From assembly GCA_963762145.1 (NCBI GenBank), contig CAVXJS010000005.1, positions 1 to 64,000 of the forward strand: a stretch of DNA of 64,000 bases, written 5' to 3'. Each line of letters starts with the position of its first letter. Position 1 is the first letter of the stretch. The stretch is from an uncultured Candidatus Rokubacteria bacterium (GTDB lineage Bacteria > Methylomirabilota > Methylomirabilia > Rokubacteriales > CSP1-6). The notes below the pieces were generated by a model. That model saw only the letters and a list, made by a program, of their open reading frames with translations. It was not told where the DNA came from and did no database searches. The position numbers and the translations under genes are program-made. Shown here piece by piece: positions 1 through 12,369 of this stretch.

Positions 1-325
1 GGGTCGGCGTCATCAGAGCGGTCTCAGAGCGCCTCGGCGCTGCCGGCCGAGCGAGCGCCAGCGAGCCGGACGGTGATGGGTCCGGGCGCAGCCCCGCACG
101 CTCCGAGCGCCTCGGCCTCCGGCCCGACGGCGCCGATGGCGGCGAAGTAGGCGAGGTGGGCGTCGACGACGGCCACCGCGTCGCCGCGAGCTCTGCACCC
201 AGACCCAGTTCGTGGTGATCACGCACAACCGCAAGACCATGGAGGCCGCCGACGTGCTCTACGGCGTGACCATGGAGGAGCCGGGCCTCTCCCGCCTCGT
301 CTCAGTAAAGCTGACCGAAACATAA
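1..325 (+). CDS. smc: Chromosome segregation protein SMC, C-terminal end (partial, noisy 5' part)
   Basis: Manual translation of about 203-325 gives [40 protein letters not shown], the typical SMC C-terminus; not in the ORF track. Confidence 0.85.
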
Positions 326-338
326 CCCGCGCTACACT
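311..338 (+). promoter_or_regulatory. Putative sigma70 promoter (CTGACC-16-TACACT), possibly leaderless transcript
   Basis: TACACT at 333-338 lies 7 nt before ATG 346; no Shine-Dalgarno seen. Confidence 0.35.
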
Positions 339-345
339 ACTGGGC

Positions 346-1183
346 ATGACGCCCGCGGAAACCTCGGCGACCTCGCTCGGCGGTCACCTCCGCGCGCTGC
401 GCGAGGCCAAGGGCAGCTCGCTGGAGGACATGGCGCCCTCCACCCGGGTGGGGATCCGTAGTACTCGAAGCCCTCGAGGAAGAGCGCCTAGCCGACCTGC
501 CGTCGCCGGTCTTCGTGCGGGGCTTCATCCGGGCCTACTGCAGCTTCCTGCGCGAGACCCCGGACGAGGTGCTCGCCCAGTACGAGGCTCTGGCGCGTGA
601 ACGCGCGGCCGCCCAGGCGGCCAGCGCCCGCCCCGGCCCCGCACCACGTGGGCTTCCAGCTCTGCCTGGTCGGCCTGGGCCTGTGCTGGTGATCCTGGGC
701 ATCGCGGCTGATCCTGATCAACCTGAATGTTAGGCGAACGGGCGGAACTAAGATCGCAGCATCGAAAATAAGATCTCGATGCCTCGGTTACGACGCCGAC
801 GCCGGCCCCGGCGCCCGTGGCCCGGTGGAGAGCCCCGCGGGCCGCCCGCTGCTGCACCACCGGGGCCGCCGGGCCCCCGGCGGCGAGCGCACCCACGGTC
901 ACGCCGGCCCCGACTCCGGCGGCGGGCCCTCAGCGCCTCCACGATCGGGGCGGTCGAGCGCGACCTGGATCCGGGTGCAGCCCGACGAGGGGCGCGCCAC
1001 CGAGGAGCTGCCGCCGGCCGGGGCCAGCCGGAGCGGTCGCCAGCGGCCGGCTTCCTGTTGGACGTTTCGGCAATGCCGGCGGCGTCGAGGTCGCCCTCAA
1101 CGGCAAGGTCCTGCCGCCGCTAGGTTCGAAGGGCACCGTCATCCAGCGAGTCAGTTCCCCAGGCCCCGGTTCCCGGCTCGTGA
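346..1183 (+). CDS. rodZ: RodZ-like HTH / DUF4115 membrane protein (frameshifted)
   Basis: N-terminal LGGHLRALREAKGSSLEDMA and RGFIRAYCSFL (HTH), hydrophobic segment, Pro-rich linker, C-terminal GNAGGVEVALNGK; pieces lie in different frames. Confidence 0.7.
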
Positions 1184-2103
1184 GCCTGTTAGGCTCCCCC
1201 GGGGAGCGCGTCCGCCAGGTACGCGTGACCCGCGAGCTGATGGACGAAGGACGGGCACCATCCTCGCCATCGCCGTCCGGTGGACGAAGCGATGCTTGAG
1301 GGCTTGAGGAAACCCTGATCGCGGGAGACCTGGGCGCGGCCACCGCGGGCGCCTTCCTCAAGCGCGTGCGGGATGAGATCAAGCGGGGCCGCGTGGCGAC
1401 ACCGGACGTGCGCATGTCCCTGCATCGCTCCTCGAGGAGTCCCTCGCACGGGGGAGCCGCCCGCTCGTCCTGGACGCGCATCCCACCGTGATCCTCATGC
1501 CCGGCGTCAACGGAGCGGGCAAGACCACCAGCAGCGGAAGATGGCGGCCAGGCTGAAGGCCGAGGCAAGCGCGTGCTGCTGGCGGCCGCCGACACCTTCC
1601 GCGCCGCGGCCATCGAGCAGCTCCAGGAGTGGGGCCGCCGGACGAGGTCGAGGTCATCCCAGGCGCGCGGGCGCCGACCCGGCCGCGGTGGTGTTCGACG
1701 CGGTGAAGGCGGCCCACGGCGCGCCAGGTGGACGCGCTGCTCGTCGACACCGCCGGGCGGCTGCACACCAAGTCGAACCTCATGGACGAGCTGGGCAAGC
1801 TCAAGCGCGTGCTCGGCGCGGCAGATCCCGGCGCGCCCACGAGGCGCTCATGGTGCTGGAGCGCCCACCGGCCAGAACGGCTCGCGCAGGCGCGCATGTT
1901 CCACGAGGCGGTCGGGCTCACCGGCGCTCGTGCTCACCAAGCTCGACGGCACCGCCAAGGGCGGCATCGCGATCCGCATCCACGAGGAGCTGGGGGTCCC
2001 GATGAAGCTGGTCGGGGTGGGCGAGCAGCTCGAGGACCTCCAGGCGTTCGACCCGAAGACCTTCGTCGACGCCATGCTCGGGGAGCAGCAGGAAGCGGGG
2101 TAA
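1180..2103 (+). CDS. ftsY: Signal recognition particle receptor FtsY (frameshifted)
   Basis: GVNGAGKTT, LAAADTFRAAAIEQL, DTAGRLHTKSNLMDEL, LTKLDGTAKGG, GVGEQLEDLQAFDP motifs. Confidence 0.9.
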
Positions 2104-2142
2104 AATGCCTGCCCGGGTGGCAGCCGGCACCCGGATGACGCC

Positions 2143-3237
2143 ATGACCGATCTCGAGTGGATGGCGCGGGCCCTCGAGCCCTGGCGGCGCGGGGCGCGGC
2201 CTCACGTCGCCCAACCCCATGGTGGGCGCCATCGTGGTGCGCGACGGCGCCGTGCTCGCCGAGCGCTTCCACGAACGGGCCGGCGCCGCGCACGCCGAGG
2301 CCGCCGCGCTGGCCGCCGCGGGCCCGGGGGCCCGAGACGCCACCCTCTACGTGACGCTCGAGCCGTGCAACCACGTGGGGCGGACGCCTCCCTGCGTCGA
2401 CGCGATCATCCGGGCCGGGATCCGCCGGGTCGTGTCGGCGACGCGAGATCCCAACCCGCGGGTGAAGGGCGGCGGCGGCGCCGCGCTGGTCGCCGCGGGT
2501 ATCGAGGTCACCAGTCCCTGCCTGGAGCGGGACGCGCGCGAGCTCAACCGGACCTTCTTCACCGCCGTCGAGCGGCAGCGGCCCCACGTCACCCTGAAGG
2601 GGCCATGACCCTGGACGGCAAGATCGCGGCCTTCGACCGCGGCTCGCAGTGGATCACCGGCGAGGCGGCGCGCCAGGAAGGGCACCGCCTCCGCAGCCGG
2701 AGCGACGCGATCGTGACCGGCATCGGCACCGTGCTCGCCGACGATCCGGCGCTGACCGTGCGGCTGCTCGAGCCGTGGCCGCGGGAGCCCTACCGCGTCG
2801 TGGTGGACAGCCGCGCGCGCCTACCGCTCGGGGCGAAGCTCCTCCGGACCGGAACCCGGGCCCGCATCCTGGTCGCGGTCGGGGAGGCCGCGCCGCCGCA
2901 GCGGCTGGCCGCGCTCGAGTCGGCGGGCGTTACGGTGCTGGCGTGCAAGTCGCGAGAGGGCCGCGTGGACGTGACCGATCTCGCCGCCCGCCTGTTCGCC
3001 CTGGACGTCACCTCCGTGCTGCTCGAAGCGGGCAGCGAGCTGACCGGCGCCTTCGTCCAGGCCGGCCTGGCGGATCGCGTCGCCGCGTTCGTGGCTCCCA
3101 CGCTGCTGGGGGCGCCGAGGCGCCGCACGCCGGTCGGCGGCCCCGGCCTCCTGCTCGCGGGCGCGCTCCGGCTGACCAACATGACCGCCCGCCCGGTGGG
3201 CCTCGACTGGCCTCGAAGCGACATCCTCCATGACTGA
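2143..3237 (+). CDS. ribD: Riboflavin biosynthesis deaminase/reductase RibD (frameshifted)
   Basis: PNPMVGAIVV, HAEAAAL, LYVTLEPCNHVGRTPPC, MTLDGKIA, TGIGTVLADDPALTVR. Confidence 0.92.
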   Translation: MTDLEWMARALEPWRRGARPHVAQPHGGRHRGARRRRARRALPRTGRRRARRGRRAGRRGPGGPRRHPLRDARAVQPRGADASLRRRDHPGRDPPGRVGDARSQPAGEGRRRRRAGRRGYRGHQSLPGAGRARAQPDLLHRRRAAAAPRHPEGAMTLDGKIAAFDRGSQWITGEAARQEGHRLRSRSDAIVTGIGTVLADDPALTVRLLEPWPREPYRVVVDSRARLPLGAKLLRTGTRARILVAVGEAAPPQRLAALESAGVTVLACKSREGRVDVTDLAARLFALDVTSVLLEAGSELTGAFVQAGLADRVAAFVAPTLLGAPRRRTPVGGPGLLLAGALRLTNMTARPVGLDWPRSDILHD

Positions 3238-3267
3238 CTCCGAGCGACTCCAACTCGCCGGTCGTGC

Positions 3268-3321
3268 GGGGAGTGCGGGGCCATTTCCGGGCCCCCGCAT
3301 ACAGCAAGCTTGAAGAACTAG
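3268..3321 (+). repeat. Palindromic repeat family A, copy 1
   Basis: GGGGAGTGCGGGGCCATTTCCGGGCCCCCGCAT...AGCTTGAAGAACTAG; matches copies at about 27.7, 36.2 and 50.2 kb. Confidence 0.85.
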
Positions 3322-3354
3322 ACGGCTCACACGACAGCTAACCAACCAGACGAC

Positions 3355-4029
3355 ATGTTCACCGGGCTCGTAGAAGAAGTCGGACGCGTGCTCGAGCGCG
3401 ACGGCGCTCGCCTCGTCGTGAGCGCCGACCGCGTGCTGGAGGACACCAGCCTGGGCGCGAGCGTGGCGATCAACGGGGCCTGCCTCACGGTGGTCGAGCG
3501 CGGTCCGGGGCGCCTGCGGTTCGACATGGGCCCGGAGACGCTCGCGCGCACCGCGCTCGCCGACCTCGCGGCCGGTGACACCGTCAACCTCGAGCGGCCC
3601 ATGCGTCTGGGCGGGCTGGTCGGCGGCCACCTGGTGCAGGGACACGTGGACGGTGTCGGCCACGTGGTGGCCCTGACCCGTCAGGCAGAGACCGCCCGGC
3701 TCACGATAGAATGGCGGGACGATGCGCTGGCTCCGCTGCTGATCCCGCAGGGATCGGTGACGGTGGACGGCGTCAGCCTCACGGTGGCGCGGCTCAACGA
3801 GCGGGACTTCGAGATCATGATCATCCCGCACACGCTGGCTGAGACCACCCTGGGGGCCTTGAGGAAGGGGCAGCGCGTGAACCTCGAGATGGATATGATC
3901 GGCAAGTACGTGCAGCGAATCCTGCAGGTGCAGCTGGAGCCGCAGCCCAGGCCGGGCGAGGTGAGCCGAAGGCGAGCCGAGCGGATACAAGGGCCGAGGC
4001 GAGCGGATACGGAGGAGGGGTCGCGATAA
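3355..4029 (+). CDS. ribE: Riboflavin synthase (alpha type)
   Basis: [10 protein letters not shown] start, [36 protein letters not shown]. Confidence 0.95.
   Translation: MFTGLVEEVGRVLERDGARLVVSADRVLEDTSLGASVAINGACLTVVERGPGRLRFDMGPETLARTALADLAAGDTVNLERPMRLGGLVGGHLVQGHVDGVGHVVALTRQAETARLTIEWRDDALAPLLIPQGSVTVDGVSLTVARLNERDFEIMIIPHTLAETTLGALRKGQRVNLEMDMIGKYVQRILQVQLEPQPRPGEVSRRRAERIQGPRRADTEEGSR
3958..4010 (+). repeat. Repeat family B, copy 1 (inside ribE 3' end)
   Basis: GAGGTGAGCCGAAGGCGAGCCGAGCGGATACAA (3958-3990) plus partial GCCGAGGCGAGCGGATAC; near-identical to 41506-41539. Confidence 0.75.
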
Positions 4030-5247
4030 TGGCGCCGCCAGAGTTCGTCTCGATCGAGGAGGGCATCGAGGAGGTCCGGGCCGGCCGGATGCTCATCGTG
4101 GTGGACGACGAGGACCGCGAGAACGAAGGCGACCTGCTGATGGCCGCCGAGCAAGGCGACGCCCGAGGCGGTCAACTTCATGGCCAAGTACGGCCGCGGC
4201 CTCATCTGCATGCCCATGCTCGGCGAGCGGCTCGACGAGCTGCAGATCTCGATGATGGTCTCGGACAACACCGCCCCGCTCGGCACCGCCTTCACGGTGA
4301 GCGTGGACGCGCGCCGCGGCGTGACCACCGGCACGTCCGCCTACGATCGCGCGGTGACCATCCGCACCCTGGTGGACCCGGCCACGCGCGCCGAGGACCT
4401 CACGCGCCCGGGCCACATCTTCCCGCTGCGCGCCATGCCCGGCGGGGTGCTTCGCCGCGCCGGGCACACCGAGGCCGCGGTGGACCTGGCCCGCCTGGCC
4501 GGGTTCGCGCCCGCCGGCGTCATCTGCGAGGTGCTGGACGAGGAAGGCGGCATGGCGCGGCTGCCCGAGCTGGCCGCCCTCGGCCGCGAGTACAACCTCA
4601 AGTCCATCACGATCAAGGCCCTGATCGAGTACCGGATTCACAAGGAGAAGCTGGTGAAGCGGGCCGCGATCACCCGCATGCCCACCGAGCACGGGGACTA
4701 CCAGGTCATCGCCTACGAGACCACGGTGGACGACCGCCTGCCGCTCGCCCTGGTGCTCGGCGACGTGAAGACCGACGAGCCGGTGCTGGTCCGCGTGCAC
4801 TCGGAATGCCTCACCGGCGACGTCTTCGGCTCCCACCGCTGCGACTGCGGCTCCCAGCTCCACAAGGCGCTGACGATCATCCAGCACGCGCGGCGCGGCG
4901 TCCTCGTCTACATGCGGCAGGAGGGGCGCGGCATCGGCCTGCTCAACAAGCTCAAGGCCTACGAGCTGCAGGATCAGGGCAAGGACACGGTGGAGGCCAA
5001 CCACGCGCTCGGCTTCCGCGCCGATCTCCGGCACTACGGCATCGGAGCCCAGATCCTGGTGGATCTCGGGGTCAAGAACCTCAAGATCCTCACCAACAAT
5101 CCGAAGAAGATCGTGGGCATCGAAGGCTACGGCCTCAAGGTGGTGGAGCGCCTGCCCCTCGAGGTGCCCGCGACCGACGCCAACCGGAGCTACCTGCGCA
5201 CCAAGCGCGAGAAGCTCGGCCATCTCTTCTCGTCGTTCCCGGACTAG
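4029..5247 (+). CDS. ribBA: Bifunctional DHBP synthase / GTP cyclohydrolase II (one indel near 4155)
   Basis: [62 protein letters not shown]. Confidence 0.95.
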
Positions 5248-5249
5248 CC

Positions 5250-5744
5250 ATGGCCGGAATCGCGCCGAAGCGCCGTGTCGCCCCCGCCGCCCGCGGCCAG
5301 CGGTTCGCGGTGGTGGTCGCCCGCTTCAACGAGTCCATCTCCAAGAAGCTGCTCGACGGCGCGCTCGCCGCGCTGGCCAAGCACGGGGTCAGCGGCGACG
5401 CGGCCGAGGTGCACTGGGTGCCGGGCTCCTTCGAGCTGCCGCAGGCCGCCCGGGCCCTCGCGCGAACGCGCCGGTTCGCGGGCGTCGTGTGCGTGGGCAC
5501 GGTGATCAAGGGCGCGACCCCGCACTTCGACTACGTGTGCGGCGTCGCCGCACACGGCATCAGTCGCGTCGCGCTCGACACCGGGGTGCCGGTGACCTTC
5601 GGCGTGATCACCGCGCTCACCGAGGAGCAGGCGTGGGAGCGCGCGGGCGGCGTCGTGGGCAACCGGGGAGAAGAGGCCGCCCTGGCCGCGCTCGAGATGG
5701 CGGGCTGGCTCCGCTCGCTCCGGGGCCGGAAGGCGGGGCGCTGA
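5250..5744 (+). CDS. ribH: 6,7-dimethyl-8-ribityllumazine synthase
   Basis: [38 protein letters not shown]. Confidence 0.95.
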   Translation: MAGIAPKRRVAPAARGQRFAVVVARFNESISKKLLDGALAALAKHGVSGDAAEVHWVPGSFELPQAARALARTRRFAGVVCVGTVIKGATPHFDYVCGVAAHGISRVALDTGVPVTFGVITALTEEQAWERAGGVVGNRGEEAALAALEMAGWLRSLRGRKAGR

Positions 5745-6160
5745 TGGGCCGCCGGCGCAAGGCGCGGGAGCTCTCGCTCCAGCTCCTCTACCAGATGGAC
5801 GTCCAGGGCGAGGGGCAACCCGAGCCGCACTTCGACGACTTCTGGGTGCGGCATCCGGTGGATCCCGAGGCGCGGGAGTTCGCCGAAACCCTCGTGCGCG
5901 GGACCAAGAGCCACGAGGCCAAGATCGACGAGCTGATCGAGCGCTACGCGGAGAACTGGGAGCTCGAGCGGATGGCGGTGGTGGACCGCAACATCCTCCG
6001 GCAGGCGATCTTCGAGCTGCGCTGGGCGACCAGCGTGCCGCCCAAGGTGGCGATCAACGAGGCGCTCGAGGTCGCGAAGAAGTTCAGCACCCACGAGTCC
6101 AGCCGCTTCATCAACGGGATCCTGGATCGCATCCACAAGGAACAAGCGCCCACCTCCTGA
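5744..6160 (+). CDS. nusB: Transcription antitermination factor NusB
   Basis: [45 protein letters not shown]. Confidence 0.95.
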   Translation: MGRRRKARELSLQLLYQMDVQGEGQPEPHFDDFWVRHPVDPEAREFAETLVRGTKSHEAKIDELIERYAENWELERMAVVDRNILRQAIFELRWATSVPPKVAINEALEVAKKFSTHESSRFINGILDRIHKEQAPTS

Positions 6161-6173
6161 CGGGCAGGCCGCC

Positions 6174-6914
6174 ATCCGCTACGCGGTCATCTCTGACGTC
6201 CACGCCAATCTCGAAGCCCTCACCGCGGTGCTCGCCGACGCGGCCGGCGAAGGCGCGCTCAGCGTCCTCTGCCTGGGCGATCTGGTCGGTTACGGAGCCG
6301 ACCCGGTGGCCTGCGTGGAGACGGTGGGGGAGCGGGCGAGCGCGATGGTGGCGGGCAACCACGAGCACGGCGCCCTCGGGCTGCTGGACCTCCGCTGGTT
6401 CAACCCCTCGGCGCGGGCCGCCGCGCAGTGGACCGGCGAGCAGCTCGACGACGGCCACCGCGGCTTCCTGACCGACCTGCCGCTGATCCGGACGATCGAG
6501 GACGCCACGCTCGTGCACGCGAGCCCGCACAGTCCGGAGGAATGGGACTATCTCGTCTCCGAGGAGGACGGGCTGCAGGTGTTCGGCGACTTCGACACGC
6601 GGCTCTGCTTCATCGGCCACTCGCACCTGCCCGGCGTCTGGTCGGTCGGCAGCGGGGGACCGGATCACAACGGCCGGCTCGACCGGCCGGAGGCCCAGGT
6701 CCGGCTCGACGACGGCCGCCGGTATCTCGTCAACGTGGGCAGCGTGGGGCAGCCGCGCGACCGCGACCCGCGCGCGTGCTACGCGATCTGGGACCGCGAG
6801 GCCCGCTCGGTGACGATCCGGCGCGTCGTCTACGATCACCGGGCGGCGGCGGCGAAGATCCTCGCCGCGGGCCTGCCGCGCGCGCTGGCCGATCGCCTTG
6901 CGAATGGAAGCTGA
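6174..6914 (+). CDS. Metallophosphoesterase (calcineurin-like)
   Basis: In-frame IRYAVISDVHANLEAL upstream of the ORF-track start; CLGDLVGYG, GNHE, HASP, GHSH, NVGSVGQPRD. Confidence 0.88.
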   Translation: MRYAVISDVHANLEALTAVLADAAGEGALSVLCLGDLVGYGADPVACVETVGERASAMVAGNHEHGALGLLDLRWFNPSARAAAQWTGEQLDDGHRGFLTDLPLIRTIEDATLVHASPHSPEEWDYLVSEEDGLQVFGDFDTRLCFIGHSHLPGVWSVGSGGPDHNGRLDRPEAQVRLDDGRRYLVNVGSVGQPRDRDPRACYAIWDREARSVTIRRVVYDHRAAAAKILAAGLPRALADRLANGS

Positions 6915-8451
6915 GCCGGGCGCGGGCCGGGGCCGCCCGGCGGCGCGCGCGGCCGTGCTCGTCGCGGGCGGTCTCCTGGGCGCGCTCGCGTTCCCCCGGA
7001 CCGGCTGGGCCGCGCTGGCGTGGATCTGGCTCGTTCCGGCCCTCGCCTCGGGAGCCCTGCGCCCGGGCCGCGCCGCGCTGCGGGACGGCTGGCTGGCCGG
7101 CACCGTGTTCTACGTGGTGCTCCTGCGCTGGCTCGACCACACCTTCCTCCACTACAGCGCGATTCCCTGGCCGCTGACCTGGCTGCCCATCGTGGCGCTC
7201 GCCGCGTACTGCGGCCTCTACCTGGGCGTCGTCGCGGGCGCGGTCGCGTGGCTCCGGGGCCGGCTCGGCGCGGGCCGCGCGCTCGCGCTGGCGCCCGCGC
7301 TCTGGGTGGTGGGCGAGTGGCTGCGCGGCTGGCTCATGGGCGGTTTCCCCTGGGGCCTGCTCGGCTACTCGCAGGCGGCTCAGCTCCCCGTGATCCAGAT
7401 CGCCGAGCTGGGCGGCGTCTACGCGGTGTCCTTCCTGATCGTCGCGGTGAACGCGGCGCTCGCCGGCCTCCTCACACTCGGGCCGCGCCGCGCCTGGCCC
7501 GGCGCGGCGGCCGCCACGGTCCTGCTCGCGGCCACGATCGCGTTCGGGCTCCACGCCCTCGGGCGGACGAGCGCGGAGAGCGCGGGCGGCTCGGTGGGGG
7601 TCGCGGTGATCCAGCCGTCCATCGCGCAGACGATCAAGTGGGATCCGGCACGGCACGCGCAGATCCTGGACACCTACGAGCAGCTCACGCGCGAGGCCGC
7701 GCAATCGCGGCCCGCGGTGGTGCTCTGGCCCGAGACCGCGACGACCATCTTCCTGCGGGGCGATCCGGTCCTGCTCGCGCGGCTTCAGCGGCTGTCGGAA
7801 GAGATCGGCACGCCGATCCTGGTGGGCTCGATCGACCGCCGGGACCGGCCCCGGGAGCAGTTCCTGAACAGCGCATTTCTGCTGACCGGACAAGGGATTA
7901 CGGCCAAGTATGATAAGATTCACCTGGTTCCGTTCGGGGAATACGTCCCGCTCGCGAGTCTGCTCGGTTTCGTCAAGGGCTGGGCGGAGTTCATCTCGGA
8001 ATTCGGCACCGGTGAGGTCGAGACCGTCTTTCCGCTGCCGGGCGCGCCGTTCGGAACCGTGATCTGCTACGAGGTCATCTTCCCCGAACTGTTCCGGGGA
8101 TTCGTGGTCCGCGGAGCGACGTTCATGGCCAACATCACCAACGACGCGTGGTTCGGGGAAACGAGCGGCCCCTGGCAGCACCTGGGGATGCTACCGCTCC
8201 GCGCGGTGGAGCACCGCGTGGCCATCGCGCGCGCCGCCAACACCGGCGTCTCGGGCTTCGTGGAGCCCACCGGGCGGATCGGGCCGATCCTGCCGCTGCT
8301 CGAGCGCGGCGTCCTGCACCGCCGCATCCCGCTCCGCGAGCGCACCACGCTCTACACGCGATTCGGCGACTGGCTCGTATACGCCTGCGCCGGGCTGGGC
8401 GCGGCCGGCGTCGCCCTCGCCTTCTTCCGGAGGTCATCCGCGTCATGCTAG
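6904..8451 (+). CDS. lnt: Apolipoprotein N-acyltransferase
   Basis: Multiple TM segments, GGFPWGLLGYSQ, WPETA, KIHLVPFGEYVP, ICYEVIFP, ITNDAWFG, RAANTGVS. Confidence 0.95.
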   Translation: MEAEPGAGRGRPAARAAVLVAGGLLGALAFPRTGWAALAWIWLVPALASGALRPGRAALRDGWLAGTVFYVVLLRWLDHTFLHYSAIPWPLTWLPIVALAAYCGLYLGVVAGAVAWLRGRLGAGRALALAPALWVVGEWLRGWLMGGFPWGLLGYSQAAQLPVIQIAELGGVYAVSFLIVAVNAALAGLLTLGPRRAWPGAAAATVLLAATIAFGLHALGRTSAESAGGSVGVAVIQPSIAQTIKWDPARHAQILDTYEQLTREAAQSRPAVVLWPETATTIFLRGDPVLLARLQRLSEEIGTPILVGSIDRRDRPREQFLNSAFLLTGQGITAKYDKIHLVPFGEYVPLASLLGFVKGWAEFISEFGTGEVETVFPLPGAPFGTVICYEVIFPELFRGFVVRGATFMANITNDAWFGETSGPWQHLGMLPLRAVEHRVAIARAANTGVSGFVEPTGRIGPILPLLERGVLHRRIPLRERTTLYTRFGDWLVYACAGLGAAGVALAFFRRSSASC

Positions 8452-9552
8452 GAGAGCTCAAGCGTGACGTGGCCGAGCTCGACAAGCGGCTCGACGATCT
8501 CCGAGGGCATCTTTGACGTCCCCGCCAAGGAAGCCCGCCTCGGCCTGATCGACGCCGAGATGTCCTCGCCGAGCTTCTGGGAGGACACCCGCAAGGCGCA
8601 GGGGCTCGTGCAGGAGCGCGCCGAGCTGGCTCGCACCGTCGCCACCTTCAAGGACCTGGCCGGCCGCGCCGAGGAGACGCGTCTGCTCTGGGAGATGGCC
8701 ACCGAGGCCGGCGACGAGAGCGTGACCGCGGAGATCCAGGACAGTCTCCGGCAGCTCGGGGAAGAGGTCGAGGCCTTCGAGCTGAAGATCATCCTCTCGC
8801 GGCCGCAGGACAGGAAGAACGCGATCCTGTCCATCCACCCGGGCGCGGGCGGCACCGAGTCGCAGGACTGGGCCCAGATGCTCATGCGCATGTACCTGCG
8901 CTGGGCGGAGCGCGCCGGCTTCAAGGCCGAGGTGGTGGACCTGCTCGCGGGCGAGGAAGCGGGCATCAAGTCGGCCACCATCGAGATGAGCGGGGAGTAC
9001 GCCTACGGACACCTCAAGGGCGAAGCCGGCGTGCACCGCCTGATCCGGATCTCGCCGTTCGACGCTTCCCGCCGCCGGCACACCTCCTTCGCCTCCGTGG
9101 CGGTCATCCCAGAGGTGGAGGACGTGGAAGTGGTGGTGCGTGACGAGGATCTCCGGGTGGACGTCTACCGCTCCTCGGGGCCCGGCGGCCAGGGGGTCAA
9201 CACGGCGGACTCGGCGGTGCGCATCACCCACCTGCCGAGCGGCCTCGTGGTGGCCTGCCAGAACGAGCGGTCGCAGCTGCGCAACCGCGACACCGCGATG
9301 CGCATCCTCAAGTCGCGCCTGTTCCAGATCTACGAGCAGAAGCAGAAGCAGGAGCTGGCCGACCTGACCGGGGAGAAGAAGGACATCGCCTTCGGCAGCC
9401 AGATCCGCACCTACACCTTCGCGCCCTACCAGATCATCAAGGACCACCGGACCGGGATCGAGGTGGGCAACGTGGAAGCGGTGATGGACGGCGGGCTCGA
9501 TCCCTTCATCCGGGCCTATCTCACGATGGCCCGGCCCGCAGCTTCCGCGTGA
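8445..9552 (+). CDS. prfB: Peptide chain release factor 2 with programmed +1 frameshift
   Basis: ATG 8445 to GAGGG-CAT-CTT-TGA-C (8503-8517), then +1 frame with SPF and GGQ motifs. Confidence 0.95.
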
Positions 9553-9562
9553 TCGCCCGCGC

Positions 9563-11130
<1,568 letters not shown>

Positions 11131-11131
<1 letters not shown>

Positions 11132-12369
11132 TGCTGCGGCGCATGCCCTTCGAGGTGTTTCTCGGGCTCCGGTACCTGCGGGCGCGTGGCCACCGGACCA
11201 ACCTCTCGCTCTTCGTCTGGATCGGCATCGGAGGTGTCTTCCTGGGCGTGAGCGCGCTGATCGTGGTGCTCGCGGTCATGACCGGCTTTCAGGACGGCAT
11301 CCGCGACAAGATCATCTCGGCGAACCCGCACGTGCTGATCATGGAAGCGGGCGGCCGCGGGGTGGTGGACGGCGGCGCCCTCGCCCGCCAGGTGGCCCCC
11401 GTTCCCGGCGTCGTCTCCGCCACCCCGTTCGTGCTGCAGCAGGCCCTGTTCACCTCGTCGAGCGGCGGCGCCACCGGCGGGCTCCTGCGCGGCGTGGATC
11501 TCGCCACGCCGGCGGTGCGCGACGCGATCGCCTCGCAGGTTCGCTTCGGCAGCGTGGAGCCGGTACTCAAGGGCGGGGAACCCGCGCTCCTCCTGGGCCG
11601 GGAGCTGGCGCGGAGCCTCGGGGTCGCCCCCGGGGACCACATCACGGTGATCTCTCCGCAAGGGGCCATGACCGCGGTCGGGCTGGTCCCCAAGATGCGG
11701 CGCTTCCTGGTGGCCGGCTGGGTCGAGGTCGGCATGTACGAGTACGACGCCTCGCTCGCCTACACCTCTCTGGCCGCGGCCCAGGAGTTCGCGGGACTCG
11801 GCGATCGGGTGACGGGCGTGGAAGTGAAGCTCGCCAATCCCTTCGACGCCAAGGAGGTGGGCCGGGCGATCGCGGCCCGGCTCAAGGGGCCCTTCTGGAT
11901 CCGCGACTGGATGGACATGAACCGCAACCTCTTCGCCGCGCTCCAGCTCGAGAAGCTGGCCCTGTTCGTGATCGTCACCATCATCGTGCTGGTGGCGGCC
12001 TTCGCCATCATCGGCCACCTGGTCCTGCTCGTGGCCGAGAAGCGGAAGGAGATCGGCATCCTCAAGGCGATGGGGGCCGGGGCGGGGAGCATCGGCGCCG
12101 TGTTCCTGGTGGCCGGCATGCTGATCGGGGTGGGGGGCACGATCGCGGGCAGCGTCTTCGGGCTCCTGCTGATCTGGGTGCAGAACACCTACAAGATCAT
12201 CCGGCTCGCCGGCGACGTGTACCAGATCAGCTACCTGCCGATGAAGCTGACCGGCTCCGACTTCGCGATGATCGTCGGCTCCACCCTCGTCATCTCGTTC
12301 CTCGCGACCCTGTCGCCGGCCCGCCGGGCCGCGCGGATGGATCCGGTCGAGGTCCTCCGTTATGAGTGA
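11131..12369 (+). CDS. lolE: Lipoprotein-releasing ABC transporter permease LolC/E
   Basis: GVSALIVVLAVMTGFQ, EKRKEIGILKAMGA, PARRAARMDPVEVLRYE. Confidence 0.92.

Noticed and set aside
721-780. AT-rich patch with TAAGATC twice inside the rodZ-like gene
   Set aside because: It lies in the noisiest part of the window and cannot be distinguished from basecalling error.
2104-2142. FMN riboswitch before the rib operon
   Set aside because: Only about 40 nt of intergenic space and no RFN motifs; the ribD-ribE gap holds repeat A instead.
346-3237. Pseudogenisation of rodZ, ftsY and ribD
   Set aside because: These are essential or core genes with intact motifs, and the indel pattern fits sequencing error.
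4029-5744. RibB-RibH fusion ORF (571 aa)
   Set aside because: An indel near 4155 shifts ribBA; the intervening translation is off-frame and ribH has its own ATG at 5250.
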